NCBI RefSeq assembly: GCF_006345805.1
Contig: NC_043002.1
Location: 49,972,001-50,036,000, forward strand
Length of the DNA: 64,000 nucleotides
Direction: 5' to 3'
Source of the DNA: Octopus sinensis
Lineage: Eukaryota
Shown here: piece by piece, positions 36,077-50,639 of the stretch
Layout: every line of letters starts with the position of its first letter
Position numbering within the stretch: the first letter of the stretch is position 1
The notes under the pieces: generated by a model
Seen by the model: only the letters and a program-made list of their open reading frames with translations
Told to the model about the DNA's origin: nothing
Databases searched by the model: none
Program-made: the position numbers and the translations under genes

Positions 36077-37089
36077 TTCTTCATTATTATGATCCTCATC
36101 ATCGCCTTTCAAAAAAAGAAAATGCATTATCAGACACGTCTCTACCTTTGCCACTGGTGCCAATAACATTATCAACGGCAACAACCTCATAACTAAAGAC
36201 AACATCTCTCCCTATCGCATTTACACACACACACACACACACACTCAAACATTCAATAGCTTCCTTCTGTAACACCGAGAGCTTGCAGTAGTTGTGGTGG
36301 TGGTGGTGGTGGTTTGCGATAATGTTACTATTGTGGCGACAGCAGCAATAGAGACGGTGTTGGCGGCGGCGGCGGTGGCAGTATGGTATTCTGCGGCTGT
36401 CAACTTCGAGCCATCAATTATCATTTAATATGTGATTGAGTGTAGAAGCAGCGGTACTCAGTACTTGGGGTCTGGTAATAAACAAAAGGAATCGGTTGTA
36501 CCAATGTTAAAACATAGATTTTCATTTTGCTTTATTGGACCCTGATTTCTTGAGTAAGTATTTTCCGACAGAAAACATTTGTAAAAATCATAATATCGCC
36601 ACAGAACTTTGACTTGGTTTAAGGGTCAGCTTTATCATGGTTTGGTTCCTGTAGTATTTAGATTGTTTTATTGTCTATGATGGATGAATTCTGTTCTCCT
36701 AACCTGATTTATCAAACTTCTTGATTGCCGATTCTTCTTAAGCCTCCACACATACTCACATACAGTATATGCACTGACACCACCACCACCACCACCAGCA
36801 CCCACCCGCCCGCCCTCCCTCCCTGCACAAACATGTGTGCACACATTTTATACATATGGTTACATACACACACACATGTATTGTTTTCTGTGTGTATATG
36901 AATATGTGTGTTTTTCTGTTTTTCTTTCTCTTTATGAATGCAAGAAGTTGTCTTTATGAAAAATTCATCATAGTGTGTGTGTGTATGTGTGTTTGTGTGT
37001 GATAGCTATATTTCACTTTGATTTTCCACAATAACTGTCCATTGTTTTCCATTCATTCTTACAACTCAATGCTTTTCCCTTTCTTTTTT

Positions 37090-37562
37090 TTTCATGCACA
37101 CACACATATTTGTGTATATATGTATGTATATATATATGTGTATATATATATATATATGCATATATATATATTTATATATATGTATTTATGTATATATATA
37201 TATATATATGTATTTATGTATATATATATATATATATGTATATGTATATATATGTATATATGTATATGTATATATATATGTATATATGTATATGTATATA
37301 TATGTATATATGTATATGTATATATATGTATATGTATATATATGTATATGTATATATATGTATATATATATGTATATGTATATATGTATATGTATATATA
37401 TGTATATGTATATATATGTATATATGTATATGTATATATATGTATATGTATATATATGTATATATGTATATGTATATATATGTATATATATATGCATATA
37501 TGTATATATATGTATATATATGTATATATATGTGTGTATATATATATATATATGTGTGTATG

Positions 37563-37596
<34 letters not shown>

Positions 37597-37925
37597 TATG
37601 TGTGTGTATGTATATATATATATATGTGTGTATGTATATATATATATATGTGTGTATGTATATATATATATGTGTGTGTATGTATATATATATATATATG
37701 TGTGTATGTATATATATATGTGTGTGTATGTATATATATATGTGTGTGTATGTATATATATATGTGTGTGTATGTATATATATATGTGTGTGTATGTATA
37801 TATATATGTGTATGTATGTATATATATGTGTATGTATGTATGTATATATATGTGTATGTATGTATGTACATGTATGTATATATATGTATATTATGTATAT
37901 ATGTATATATATATATATATATAAT
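37090..37925. repeat. ~830-bp compound (TA)/(TG) microsatellite with higher-order units
   Basis: Left part built from atatgt/atatatgt units, right part from (at)n-gtgtgtatgt units. Confidence 0.95.
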
Positions 37926-38655
37926 CTCAATATTTTACTCAGCCTCTCTCTATCTATCCATATTATCTATTGCTTCATTTTTAGATAGATCTTCCTCTTA
38001 CCTTTAAATTATTCACTTGCTTATTAATAATTATTAATCTGCTTGTCATGTATTTCGCTATATTGAAAATTTTCGGCTTGCTGTCTATTGGTTCTAGCTA
38101 CAAAGAAATCATTGAGTTTCTTATCAGATCTGATATGAATGACAACCATCGTGTTTGGCTTTTGTGGCCATCGACGTGGCTAGCTGTCAGCATGCCGCCA
38201 TTACCGATAGGCTGCTATCGACTTGCAGCGACCATGTATCTATCATAGAGCTAAATTCCTGCTTTTCGAGAGAAAAATAATGTTCTCTCTTACTCTCTCT
38301 CTCTCTCTCTCTTTCCCTTACTCCCTCTATTTCTTTACCCCTTTCTGTTCTGTATTAACTACGGAGGAGAAGTGAATCGCTGCAGAATGAGTTGGGTGGA
38401 ATGGTGAAAGGGTGGCATGAAGGGTGAGGGTGAAAGAGCGGAGTGGCACTACAGTGTGGCAAGGTGATAACAAGGTGAGGGCGGCTATGCATTTATAAGA
38501 GTTGTGGAGGTTGCTCTTTCTCTGTCGGTGGTGTTGATGTTGTTGCTTGTCCTTGCTTGCTTCCAGGGTATGTTGTCATATTTTTAAGCGAAGGTGTCAA
38601 AGAATTTATGATAAACTTGTATTAAAGTTTAGTGGCTCTTACGTTTATGTGTGTG

Positions 38656-38690
<35 letters not shown>

Positions 38691-40972
38691 GTGTGTGGTA
38701 AATAGTAACAATATTTGTGATGGCTGTGGTGGTGGCTATGTTGTTGGCGTTGGCGGAAGTGGTAATGGCAATAATGGTAATAAAGAGCAAGTGAACAAGG
38801 GAAGAATCTTGAAAGTTTGGCTGGGAATGAATGAAAAGATGGTGAAAAAGTGATTTTGTGTGTGTGTGTGTGTGAGTGTGTGCATGAAAGTATGGTTGGT
38901 GTATGAGCGAGGAAGAATATACATAGAGGGATGAGAAGCAAGGGAATGAAGGGAGATAGAGAAGAATATGTGCTAGAAAGAAAGAAAGAAAGTACTGTTG
39001 AGAGAAGTTGTGTGTGTGTGGACTATGGAATGAAAGAGAGTAATATTGATAATAAAAATGAAACCGAAAAGCAAAGACACTTTTGAATATCACAGAAGGA
39101 GACTTAGTCTGATATACGAGAATGGTTGACCCATTCCAGATCACATTGTTGGTGGTGGTGGTGGGGAAAAGGTTGTGAAGAGAAAGTGAGCAGGGTGAGA
39201 GTGGGTTGGCATGATGTGGGGAGGTGGGGAAGATTGCGAAGAATCTCTCTGTGTAGACAATATGGATCCTTGTGCGCAATCTACTTTGATTTTCTTACCA
39301 GCTTAAATGATGTTTGATGGTCGTGGGAGACATAGGTACTGTGACCCCTAGGTGGGCTCTGAGTGACTTGCCTTAGATGTGATCTAAGAGAGCCTGGGCT
39401 TGCAGCAGAGTTCACTAAAGACAGATGTAGCTGACTTGTCCAACCCATGCCAGCATGGGACCTAAATCTCTTGAATAAACGACATCGCACGCCGATGATG
39501 CTGATGATGTATGTTGTTAACCATTATGACCAAAGTTTACTTGGAAGCAAGGCGACAAGAATCGGTGTATGCTGATTTATTTGTTAAATTAAGAGAGTGC
39601 TGTTTTTAGTATAATATAGTTTTGTAGGTAGAGAATTGTTGATCCTGTCGAAGCAAATGTGTTCCTGATTATTAATTTCATAAAGCCTGGATTTAATGAT
39701 TAGTAACTAACTCGCTCTCTCTCTCACTCACACACACACACGCACGCACATACAGAGTTAGGAGCATCAACTTGCACCAATCCCCTCAGTTCTTAATGTC
39801 ATCACTTTTGTTGTTGTTGTTCACATACCTCTGCCATGTCAGCACTCAAATTGAGCAGACCAATGGTCAAAGGGATTCTAGACACAACCAATCCATTTTT
39901 TTTTTCATTTTTTTTTTTCTTATGAGACACAGTGTTGCTAGCACTACATGGTTCAATGTTCCCTTCCTTTTTTTAAGAGAGATAATTCTATCAGGTACTT
40001 TTTGCTGAATTGCTATGTTACAAGGACATAAACGAACCAAGACATGTTGTCACACAATGGTAGTTACACACACACACACACACACACATATGTATATATA
40101 TATATATGAACAGATTTCCACACAGTTTCTATCTACTAAATTCACTCACAAGGCATTGATTTGCCTAGGGCTGTAGTTGAAGACACTTACCCAGGATGCC
40201 TTATAGTAGGTCTGAACTTGAAACCATGTGGTTGCAAAGGGAACTTCTTAAGCACAGAACCCTTCACATTGTTTTTTCTTTTCGTTTTTTGTTAAATCCT
40301 TTAAAAGCATTCAGATTACTCTGTCAAATATAAAACCTATTTATTCACAATGTTTTGAATTGATCAGACATTATGTCATAGAGTCAAGTTTTTGTTGGTG
40401 TGAATATTTATTTTTAGAATGATATTGTAGGGATGGTCTGAGAGGCCAGATGCGGCCGGTTTAAATACTAAAGGGTTAACATGCAGCCTTTGTTGTTCCT
40501 TCTTAACCGCATTTCAGAACTGAATGCCTGCAATGCCAGAATAATTTTTGAGAGAATGATGGTATGTTCTCAATCTTAATCAAGCTGGAATTTTCAACCA
40601 GAGGTTTGTTTCAGAGCCCGGAACACATTTTCATTCTTTTTCAGACTTATACTATGCTTTTAGTATATGAATGGGGAAAGGCAGAATTGTTACAACTCTA
40701 ATTGGCTCTCTCCTCTGAGATGAAATTAGCTGTTTCTTCCTAACGGTTGATGTTAGTTAGTAATTGTGAAAAGGTTAGGCAGACAATGTAGACTTTGAAT
40801 GTTTGAGTATATTTATTTATCATATTTGCACAAGATAAATAAGTTTGGCAGAAATGATGTGTGTGTGTGTGTGTGAATATTAGATGTGAACGTCTTGGGG
40901 AAACAAGAATTGCGAAAGAAAAAAATGGTTTTCTCACCTTTTGTCACATCTGTTCTCATTAATACATACATA

Positions 40973-41028
<56 letters not shown>

Positions 41029-41479
41029 TACATGTGCACACATATATACATTATGGATGAAAATCTCATAATGAATTAATTACAAATAAATAATTGGATA
41101 TTTAGAAGTTTTTCTTTTTTCATTATCATAATCATCATAGTTGTAAACAAGAAGCTAAGGGAATTGATTTGACTCTAATTTATTATCAGTGTAAAAGCAA
41201 AATAGCCGAGAGGATATCGTGTTGATCTACCAACTCATTGGTCTTGAGTTCAAATCCAGTTTATTTTTGTTTTTGTTTTTGTTTTGTTTATTTATGCATT
41301 TTTTGTGGGAGGTGGAGTGTGTTTAAATGAAAGTTAGCTATTCGCTTGATCTTCTTGGGTTCTCCAAAACTACTGAAGGTGATGTAATTGATGTTCAGCT
41401 AAAATATCTTTAAGTTGACAGTTGTAGGTAAATCTTAGGTGGTGTGGTTATTACTGAGGGTTGGCAGACATGTTATCTC

Positions 41480-41760
41480 CATTCACTCAGAAAACATCAG
41501 GCAATGAAAGGTTTCCAAGCAGTATCCTTCTGAGCCAAAGTGCACCCGCCTTTCCCAGGTGACACCCATGTCTGTCAAGTTTTCTTGCATGGCCTTTTGC
41601 CATGTTTTTACAACCTGACATTCTTTTTTCCCCCTTTTCCTTCAATTCTCCACTGCATGACTGTCTTTGCCAGTCTCTCCACTGATAAGCACAGTAAATG
41701 GCCAAGCAGCTTCTTTCATTGCACTGTGGGAGAGGAAAAATTATGGAAAGTGGAAGTAGT
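41480..41760 (-). pseudogene. RTE-clade LINE C-terminal remnant
   Basis: Minus *KKLLGHLL.LSVERLAKTVMQWRIEG...KTWQKAMQENLTDMGVTWE, compared with RTE WLGH...R.AK..M.W...G.R..GRP.KTW.....DL..MG.TW. Confidence 0.6.
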
Positions 41761-44395
41761 TGGTATTGGGCCTGTGTGGTAAAAAACACAGGTTCTATAT
41801 TGTATGAGCAATGTGAGGAGGAGAACCAGGATGTGTTGGGTGTGATTTGCCTGTCTTTCATTCAGAGGTGCTGAGACACTGTTACTGTAGTGTTGAATAC
41901 AATAAGCTGAAGGAGATGACATGTCTCTGTGCTAGAAGATGTGGTTATGTGAATCATCTATCTATAAAGTGACCCTGGCATGCTTAGGCAATGTTTACGT
42001 TACATTATTACTTCACACTATTACTGACTATTTGTATTCTCAACCTCATGGTTTTGGGTTCTGTTCATTTGATCCCACTGTGTGCCCCCCCCCCCCGGGG
42101 CATGTTTTCTATATTAGCCCAGGCTCAGCCAAAACCTTGTGTGTAGATTTGGTAGTGGATTTGGGAATGAGTGTCACCATCATGCAAACAGTGACCTTTG
42201 TTTGCAATCTTCCATGAAAACGTGCCATGGAGACATATTACCTTACTTAGAAAACAAATGAGAGTTGGCAACAGAAAGGGTATCTGACCATAGAAAATCC
42301 CATCAACAAATTCTGTTCAACCCATGTGACATGGAGGATGATAATGATATTTTATGATAACACAATGAATTAGCAGCATTAAAATTTATTTGCAATATTA
42401 GATAGGCTTAGCTGTAAGAGGAAATAATTAAAATGTAAACACATTCCTTCCATCTCTTTGATGTGTGGAAAAAGAGAGTGTATGATTCCTGACACTGTTT
42501 CACAGCTTGTTGACCACATCTCCGAGAAGATGTACCTGATTTCCCTCCTTATTTACAGTGGTAGAAGAAGAAATAATGGAACTGAGTTAGAGTGATTGCA
42601 CGGTTATTGAACAGAACGCAAAAGGGTGATGAAACATAGTGATAGAGAACTATGTTGTTGGTGGTGAAAAGATCTGGTAGAAATAGCATGAGCAATGTGA
42701 TGGATGAGAGAGAGTTGGAAGAGGGAGTATTGGAAGTGAGAGAGTGATGGGAGTAACAGAGTGGAACTGATAGATGTCAATAACATGTTTTTAGTAGATG
42801 ACATAGTAGGGAAGAGAGAGGGTGTGTGATGGGTAGCAATAATGAAATGATGATGGTGTCGGTATTGAATATGAACAGATCTAATGTGATGCCGTCCCTC
42901 ATCACACAGGCAGTGTGATGGGAAATAGATAGAGTAATGGTAGAGAAGCACATTGACAGTAGAAGAGGTGAGCAATAAATGTGAGAGTAATGAAGAAAGT
43001 GGTATATCAAGGCTTACTATGAAGATACACCTGAAGCACAAACATGCTCATGTAGTTTGTATCCCAACCACGTTGTCTCAGGTTCAGTCCTACTGTGCAA
43101 CACCTTGTGTTAGTGTTTTTTACTATGTCCCCGGACTGAGCAAAGCCTTAGATAGACAATGAAAGAAACTGACTGTTTGTGTGTGCATTTTCCCTTATCT
43201 AGACACAATGTAATAGTTATAATTGAGCATCGTTGTTACGCAAATGAGGTTGTCCAATTCCGGTCTTCTATGAAAAACATGTCTGGCCATGGGAAGATAT
43301 TGCCCTCTTTGGAAATCAGTGAGGATTGGTGACAGGATGGGCATTTGGTTGTTGAAAATCTGCCTCAACAGATTTAGTCTGACCCATGCAAGCATGGAAA
43401 AGCGGACATTAAATTATGGGTTGGACGATTTTGACTGAGGGCTGGCGAGCCAGATGGCTGCACCAGGCTCCAATCTTGATCTGGCAGAGTTTCTACAGCT
43501 GGATACCCTTCCTAATGCCAACCACTCCGAGAGTGTAGTGGGTGCTTTTTACATGCCACCGGCACGGAAGCCAGTCAGGCGGTACTGGCAATGACCTTGC
43601 TCGAATCTTTTTGCACGTGGCACAGGTGTAAGTGAAGCGACGTTGGTAATGATACTCAAAAGTATGCATATGTGTATATACAAACAATTGCACTTGAGTC
43701 CTAGAAAAGCAGTAAGAGCAGCATACACACACGCACACACACACACACACAGTGTATGTATATATTGTGTATGCATGTCTGTGTGTATATACACACGTCT
43801 TCTAATATTTATGTATGCTATGCGTGTTGGTTTTTTTTTTTGTTTCCTTGTTAGCTGTTAGTACATCTTTTTAACCTTTTCCGATCTCCATTTAAATGAA
43901 AGTTAGCTCATACATAAACTTATATTCACATACATATGTGAATATTTGTTCATAGCATACACTCAGCTTTGACTACAGGTATATGTTTGTGTGTATGGTG
44001 TATACACAAGATTTGTGCTTAGGTATACATCTGTTTGAGAAACATACCCAGACTTGTATACACTCATATATTTGTGTGTTACATCCACTTATTTATATGC
44101 ATGCATGTGTATGTGTGTGTGCACGCGCATGTGTGTGTGTGTGTGTGCGTGTGCGTGTGTGTGTGTGTGCATGGGGATAAATTGGGGGGAGAGACATAAT
44201 ATTTGAGAATTATAAACATTCAAACCATGCTGAATTACATTGTTGTGGCTATGTAAATCAAGCCTTATCAATAGAAAGAAGAAAAATGTCATAGCAGATT
44301 TCTTATAATTATATTTCATGTAGAGTACTGATATATATTTCACCATGACAGGGTTTGAATCCAAAGTGTAAGAATGCTGGAAATGACGATTAATG

Positions 44396-44427
<32 letters not shown>

Positions 44428-45568
44428 CCTTTCTACTATGGGCACAAGGCCTGAAATCTCAGGAGAAGAGGTTAGTTGATTGCATTGACTCCAGTGCCTC
44501 ACTGATACTGAATTTATCGACCCTTTTCTACTCTAGGCACAAGGCCCGAAATTTTTGGGGAGGAGGCCAATCAATTAGATCAATCCCAGTACACAACTGG
44601 TACTTAATTTATTGACCCTGAATACTGCTAAGCATTTCGCCTGGCATGCTGACGTTTCTGCCAGCTTGCTGCCTTTAATTTATTGAACCTGAAAGGATGA
44701 AAGGCAAAGTGAACCTCAGCAGAATTTGAACTCAGAATGTAAAGACTGACAAAATGTCATTTCCTGGCATGCTAACAATTCTGCCAGCACATCAATAATA
44801 AAAAGATGGGCTACAGTAAATATTCTGTTCAGTACCATGGATTTGCTTATCAGTTGTTTGACCATAACCAGTTGAGCATGTCCCTTAGTGGCTGACGATA
44901 TGTGCATCTCTAATCATGAGCAGAAGTAGTGGGAGAACATTATAGCCATGTGTTGAGAGGAATTCTCTGGAGTTTGAATAATTCACCTCTGGAAACATGG
45001 GTGTTTTGTTCAACATCCTTAAACAACCCTTATTCTGGGATCTTTTGAACAGGATGGGCTCCTTGACCTGTAGAAAATTCTAACTGGGCCCCACCTGCAA
45101 AGTCATGTGCTACTTATTTTGATATGAGTTTACTATGTCATGCACATATGGTTGTCATGCATGTGTCTGATGTACCCTTGTCAGATGGGTATACTGGGCC
45201 TCATATATTTGTACCCCAGTGTCACTTCGATGACATGTGCTGCTCTCTCAATCAATAATAATAATAATAATAATTTCGGATTTTGGCATTAGGCTAGCAA
45301 CTTTAGTGGGCTGGTGTAAGTCAATTACATCAACCTCAGTGCTTGACTGGTCTTATTGATCCTGAAAGGATGAAAGGCAAGGTGAACTTTGGCTGAATTT
45401 GAACTCAGAATATAAAAAACGAGGAGAAATATCACCAAGCATTCTCCCCTTGTGCTAACAGTTATGCCAACTCTCTGCATAATCATAATAATATTAAAAA
45501 TAATAATTATAATGATAATGGCTTCAAATTTTGGCACAATGCCAGTAACTTTAGGGGAAGGTCTAAGT

Positions 45569-45844
45569 CAGGGCTGGCCAACCTGAGGCCCACAGACTTA
45601 TCTCTTGCAATCCACTTGTTTAAACAAACATTTTAAAAAATTATCAAAAATTAAAGATTATAATGAAAAGTAAAAAAGAAAGATACTACTGTTTTTGCAA
45701 TGATAATATTTCATGATGAATCAACAATCAACAAATTCATTATTGTAATAATAGCATGAGAAATCAAAATGCTTTTGATTCTCTCAGTATACAACTTTCT
45801 GTGATTAAAGTGACCCGCAATGTAATTTGATTTGGCCAGGCTTG
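45569..45844. mobile_element. hAT MITE with perfect 8-bp TSD, nested in a family E SINE
   Basis: TIRs cagggctggccaa / ttggccaggcttg (11/13); TSD gtctaagt at 45561-45568 and 45845-45852; SINE sequence resumes on both sides. Confidence 0.85.
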
Positions 45845-48124
45845 GTCTAAGTTGATGTAATCGACCTCAGTGCTCAACTGGTACTACTTTAGCTTAGAGG
45901 ATAAAAGGTGAAGTTGACCATGGCAGCATTTGGACTCAGAGCATAAAGACGGATGAAATGCTGCTAAGCATCTTGTACAGCACTAAAGATTCTGGACAAA
46001 AATGCTTAGTGGCTTATTAATAATAATTGTTTCCCTTGTAACATTCAGATTATTCTGTCAAATGTAATGTTTATGTATTTCTATTGTTTGGTTTTGGAAC
46101 AACAAAGTAGGGCAGGTGTTTGAGGTTGGTTCTGGCCAGTTTGAGCATAAAACAGGTAGGGTATTTGGGCTGCATATCGCTGGTTTAAATGCTGAAAGGT
46201 TAAGCGCTAATTTGAAATTTCGGGAGAGGAACAATTGATAAAATCGACTCCATTATTCAACAGATGATGATTTATGTTATCAACCCCTGAAAGATGAACA
46301 GTAGCTTCTTATGTAAGTACAGGGCTATACATTTTGTGAGAAGGAATCAGTTAAGGCCAGTACTTGACTGGTCTGTTATTGACACAGAAGGGTAAAGGGC
46401 TAACTTGAACCATAATGGGGTCTGAACTTGGTATGTAGATGGAAACTAATAACCATAAACCAAATATAGAATAGTTATGAACAATAATGATTTATAATTA
46501 TAGCAACCAAGTCGTTGCAACTGCTGCTACTCACGTTTCATATTGATGCAGTACAAGAGTATCTTTGTAAGGGCCAGTGAGATGAGATTAATCCCAAAGC
46601 ATTGTCGATTAGATTGACCTCAAAGCATTTTATTGGTGTCTATTTTTATCACAGCTGTTTCTTTATTGCGTAATTTGAATTTTATTCAGGTTGGGCAGCA
46701 TCATTGCAAACTATTGTATTGTTGTTTATACCCCATCTCCCTATGCTTCGGAATAGCAGATTCGGCCTCTTTTCAGAAGTGATATGAGTGTGTGGCACTG
46801 ACAAGCTGCAAAAACAGTGAAATGCACATCTTATGGTTGCTGGTTATTTTGTTTTGCCTCCCGCGAAGTATTATCATTTTTTTTAAAGCATTATGCCTAT
46901 GAAAGGAATTTTTTTTCTCTCTACAGAAAATGCATATTCTGGTTTTTCAATAACAATACATTAAGTATGTAATATAGAGAAATATTTTTATAAATTTTGA
47001 AATGATGATGATGAGACCCAGTAAATTGCATAAGGCAAGAAAAAAAGAAAAAGTAATAAAAAAACTCCAATCATGAAAATGGCAAGAATATTGTTATTTA
47101 AAAAAAAAAAATCTCTCTTAATTAATAATATAAAAAAAATGATGATAATGATGATGAGGCTGATAATGATTATAATATGAATTTTAAAAAATGATAATAA
47201 TTTGAAATAAAAATTAGTTTATGTTGGCTACATTTCAAGTCATGTTATTCTCATTACAGAGCAATTTCTCTGTAAATCACTGTCTACTAACGAGGGCAGC
47301 ATCGTTCAAGACAGCCAAAATGATTTCTTTCCGGGCCTGTGGTGTAATAATCATTATGACTCCGTGTAGGAATTTCAGAACTCTTCTTCATTTCTATTAG
47401 AGTAATTTAGTAAGAAAGAGAGAATGAAAGGATAGGGAAAGAGAGAGAAGGAAAAAAGGAATGAAGGAAGGAAGGAAAGAAGGGGAGAGTATGAGAAGTG
47501 AAAGTGAAGATCTTGATAACCATCAATTTAAAACAATAAATTTTCCATTTGTAAAGGCCAGCAGGTCAATAGCATTTAGTGTCAGTGTGTATGTGTGTGT
47601 GTGTTTGGAGATCAATATATTTTTGACAGTTTACCCTCATAGCTCAATGTATTTTAGACTGTGAGACTGGTGGGTTGGTAGGTTTGTTGTAAGATTGGCT
47701 GTATAGTCACTAGTTTTGCTTTCCATGACCATCAGTGCACTGTGTCCATGGCAAATAACAAAGCCAAAAAACAACAACAACAATAATAATAATAATGATA
47801 ATAAATAATTCTCTCTGCTTTTGCTGGCTCTGTCCACAAAGCTTATAACTAGTTACCATGGAAATGCGACTCAGATCACTGCTGTCAGCTGTAAGCTGTA
47901 AAGTCAATGTACGTGATTGACAGTTGTGCTGTGTATGTATGGTCCTGTGCATATGCGTGTGTGCATGTGTGTGTGTGCTTCAGCTTGCAATGATCAGCTA
48001 CTTCTACATCTAAGCAACATGTAGCAGCAATTTTTTTTTTTCTTTCCCTCCTCCAACTGTTTAATGCTATCAAAACTGAAAGATGGAGATAGCAAGAGAG
48101 CTATACAGAACATTCCGGTAATTA

Positions 48125-48318
48125 TTATTATTGTTGTTGTTGTTGTTGTTGTGTTGTTGTTGTGTTGTTTGTTGTTTGTTGTTGTTGTTGTGTTGTTGTT
48201 GTTGTTGTTGTTGTGTTGTTGTTGTGTTGTGTTGTTGTGTTGTTGTTGTTGTTGTTGTTGTTGTGTTGTTGTTGTTGGTGTTGTTGTTGTGTGTTGTTGT
48301 TGTTGTTATTATTATTAC
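48125..48318. repeat. Imperfect (GTT)n microsatellite
   Basis: Direct reading; explains the poly-V/C/L and poly-Q/N/T ORFs. Confidence 0.95.
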
Positions 48319-48911
48319 TTGTGATCTTCCAAGAAAGATCACCGTCATCATCATCATTCTTTAATGTCCACTTTTCCCTGCTTTTATGGGTCAGATGGAA
48401 GTTTTTGAGGAGAATTTTCCACAGCTGGATGCCTTTCCTATTGCCAACCCTCACCTTTTTCCAATCATGGTTATGTTCCTCATGACCACACATGTTTTCA
48501 CAGAAGTTTGGAATTTTTCAGTCACTGAATCATATAATACATTATTTGATTGTGTCTTGAAGAATTTCTAATAGGATAGATCACAAGTGTTTCTCCTACA
48601 AATGCAGTTTTATAACTACTATTAGCAAACGAAACATGTGTAATGGTGAATAAATATTACCAAGACTCTTTTTCCAATCTCCAGTTTCAATTTGTAATTA
48701 CTCTACAAAATGTTTTTCCCAGTGTTTTTCTTGTGCATACCTTACATTAATATAACATCTACGTACAATTTTGGAATACTGGAATTCAGTCCTCCTACAT
48801 CCATGTACACAAACACTCAAACAGTGTGTGGGTGTGCAATGTAATTTGTTCTATATAACCTTTGCGTGCTCATGTGTGAGAGGGAAGCCTGCATATTGTT
48901 ATCTCTTTCTC

Positions 48912-48943
<32 letters not shown>

Positions 48944-49099
48944 CTCATGTGTGTACACATTATTGATAGGCTTTTGTGTGAGGGGGTGTTTACAGTTGTA
49001 GGTGGGTGTGAGTGTATGTGCATAATGTCTTGTATGTATTGAAATGTGTGTGTGTTTGTATGTATTGTCGAGATTTCATATGTATTATAATGACAGAAT

Positions 49100-49134
<35 letters not shown>

Positions 49135-49392
49135 AGATTTCATACATATCATAATGACAGAATTATATATATATAGACACACATGTAAATGTGAATGTGT
49201 ATGTATGCGCATGTGTTTTATATGTATATATAAATATATATATATACTTATAATAGATATAGATATATCATCGTCGTTTAATGTCCCTCTTCCATGTTAG
49301 ACATATACATATAATGTATACTTGCATGTATCAGAAATCAGATAAAAGAAAATTATTCATCTGCTTCAGAAACAACAAAACCGTAATTAAAG

Positions 49393-49427
<35 letters not shown>

Positions 49428-50008
49428 TGCACACATAAATTTCTAATAAATGAGGACTTGTACAGGCACCTAACATGATTTTCTTCTCTTTGCTGATTCT
49501 TTGATATAAAATATTAGTGTTATTGGTGTAAATGTGTTGTATCGTCTAACACTGGTTTGATTAATCAATTCCTAATTGTAAGCGGTCATATTTATCTATC
49601 TATCAATTTCTCTTTCTCTCATATATATATAGTCACATGTGTATCTATATACATATGTGCATCTATTTTCATGTTGATCTATATACATATATTTGTATCT
49701 ATTCATATTCTTTTACTTTTATATATGTCTCAGCCCACAAGTTGCGGCCATGCTGGAGCCCCGCTGGCAAAAGTAATATTGCTTTCAAATTTTGGCACAA
49801 GGCCAGCAATTTTAGGGGAGCTTAGTAAGTTGATTAAATTGACCCCAGTGATCAACTGGTACTTACTTTATTTACCCTAAAAAGATGAAATGAAAAGTTA
49901 AGTCATCCTTGGGGGAATTTGAACTCAGAATGTAAAAACGGACAAAATGCCACTAAGCAATTTGATAACAATTCCACCAGCTTGCTATCTTATGTGTGTG
50001 TGTGTGTA

Positions 50009-50053
<45 letters not shown>

Positions 50054-50281
50054 CTATAATGTTACTGTTGTATGTCCAAATTTGGCCAAGTGCATTTTTT
50101 TCAATATTTCTTTTTGCTTTGGTCAAACTATCATATTTATATCTGCTTCAGATGCCAAGATATCAAAAGTGTGGCGCAACAGTTTTGCTATGGAATATTG
50201 ACACTATTTTTTCGTCTTCTGAAAAAGCAACATTTTGGACTTACGAAACTTTTGCTCACACACACCATATATATATATATG

Positions 50282-50639
50282 ATAAGCAGCTTGCTTCCCA
50301 ACCACATGGTTCCGAGTTCAGTTCCACTGCGTGGCACCTTGATCAATTGTCTTCTACTATGGCCTCGGGCTGACCAAAGCCTTGTGAGTAGATTTGGTAG
50401 ATGGAAACTGAAAGAAACCTGTCATTTATATATATATACTGTGTATCTGTGTTTGTACCCCCACCATCGCTTGACAACTGATGTTGGTGTGTTTATGTCT
50501 CCGTAACTTAGTGGTTCAGTAAAAAGAGTTTGATAGAATAAGTGCTAGGCTTAGAAAGAATAAGTGCTGGGGTCGATTTGTTTGACTAAAGGCAGTGCTC
50601 CAGCATGGCCACAGTCAAATGATTGAAACAGATAAAAGA
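50282..50639 (+). mobile_element. SINE family A, near full length
   Basis: ccaaccacatggttccgagttcagttccactgcgtggcacc...gccttgtgagtagatttggtagatggaaactg...gtgctccagcatggccacagtc. Confidence 0.85.

Noticed and set aside
37018-38007. Long ORFs (up to 329 aa) rich in Y/I/C/V/M or H/T, also at 23.9, 48.1 and 60.9 kb
   Set aside because: Translations of dinucleotide and trinucleotide microsatellites that lack stop codons; open in several frames on both strands.
42780-42960. Minus FPSH...DG/ITLDLF resembling the C-terminal part of a LINE endonuclease
   Set aside because: Only one short motif across a frameshift and no SDH motif; insufficient without a profile search.
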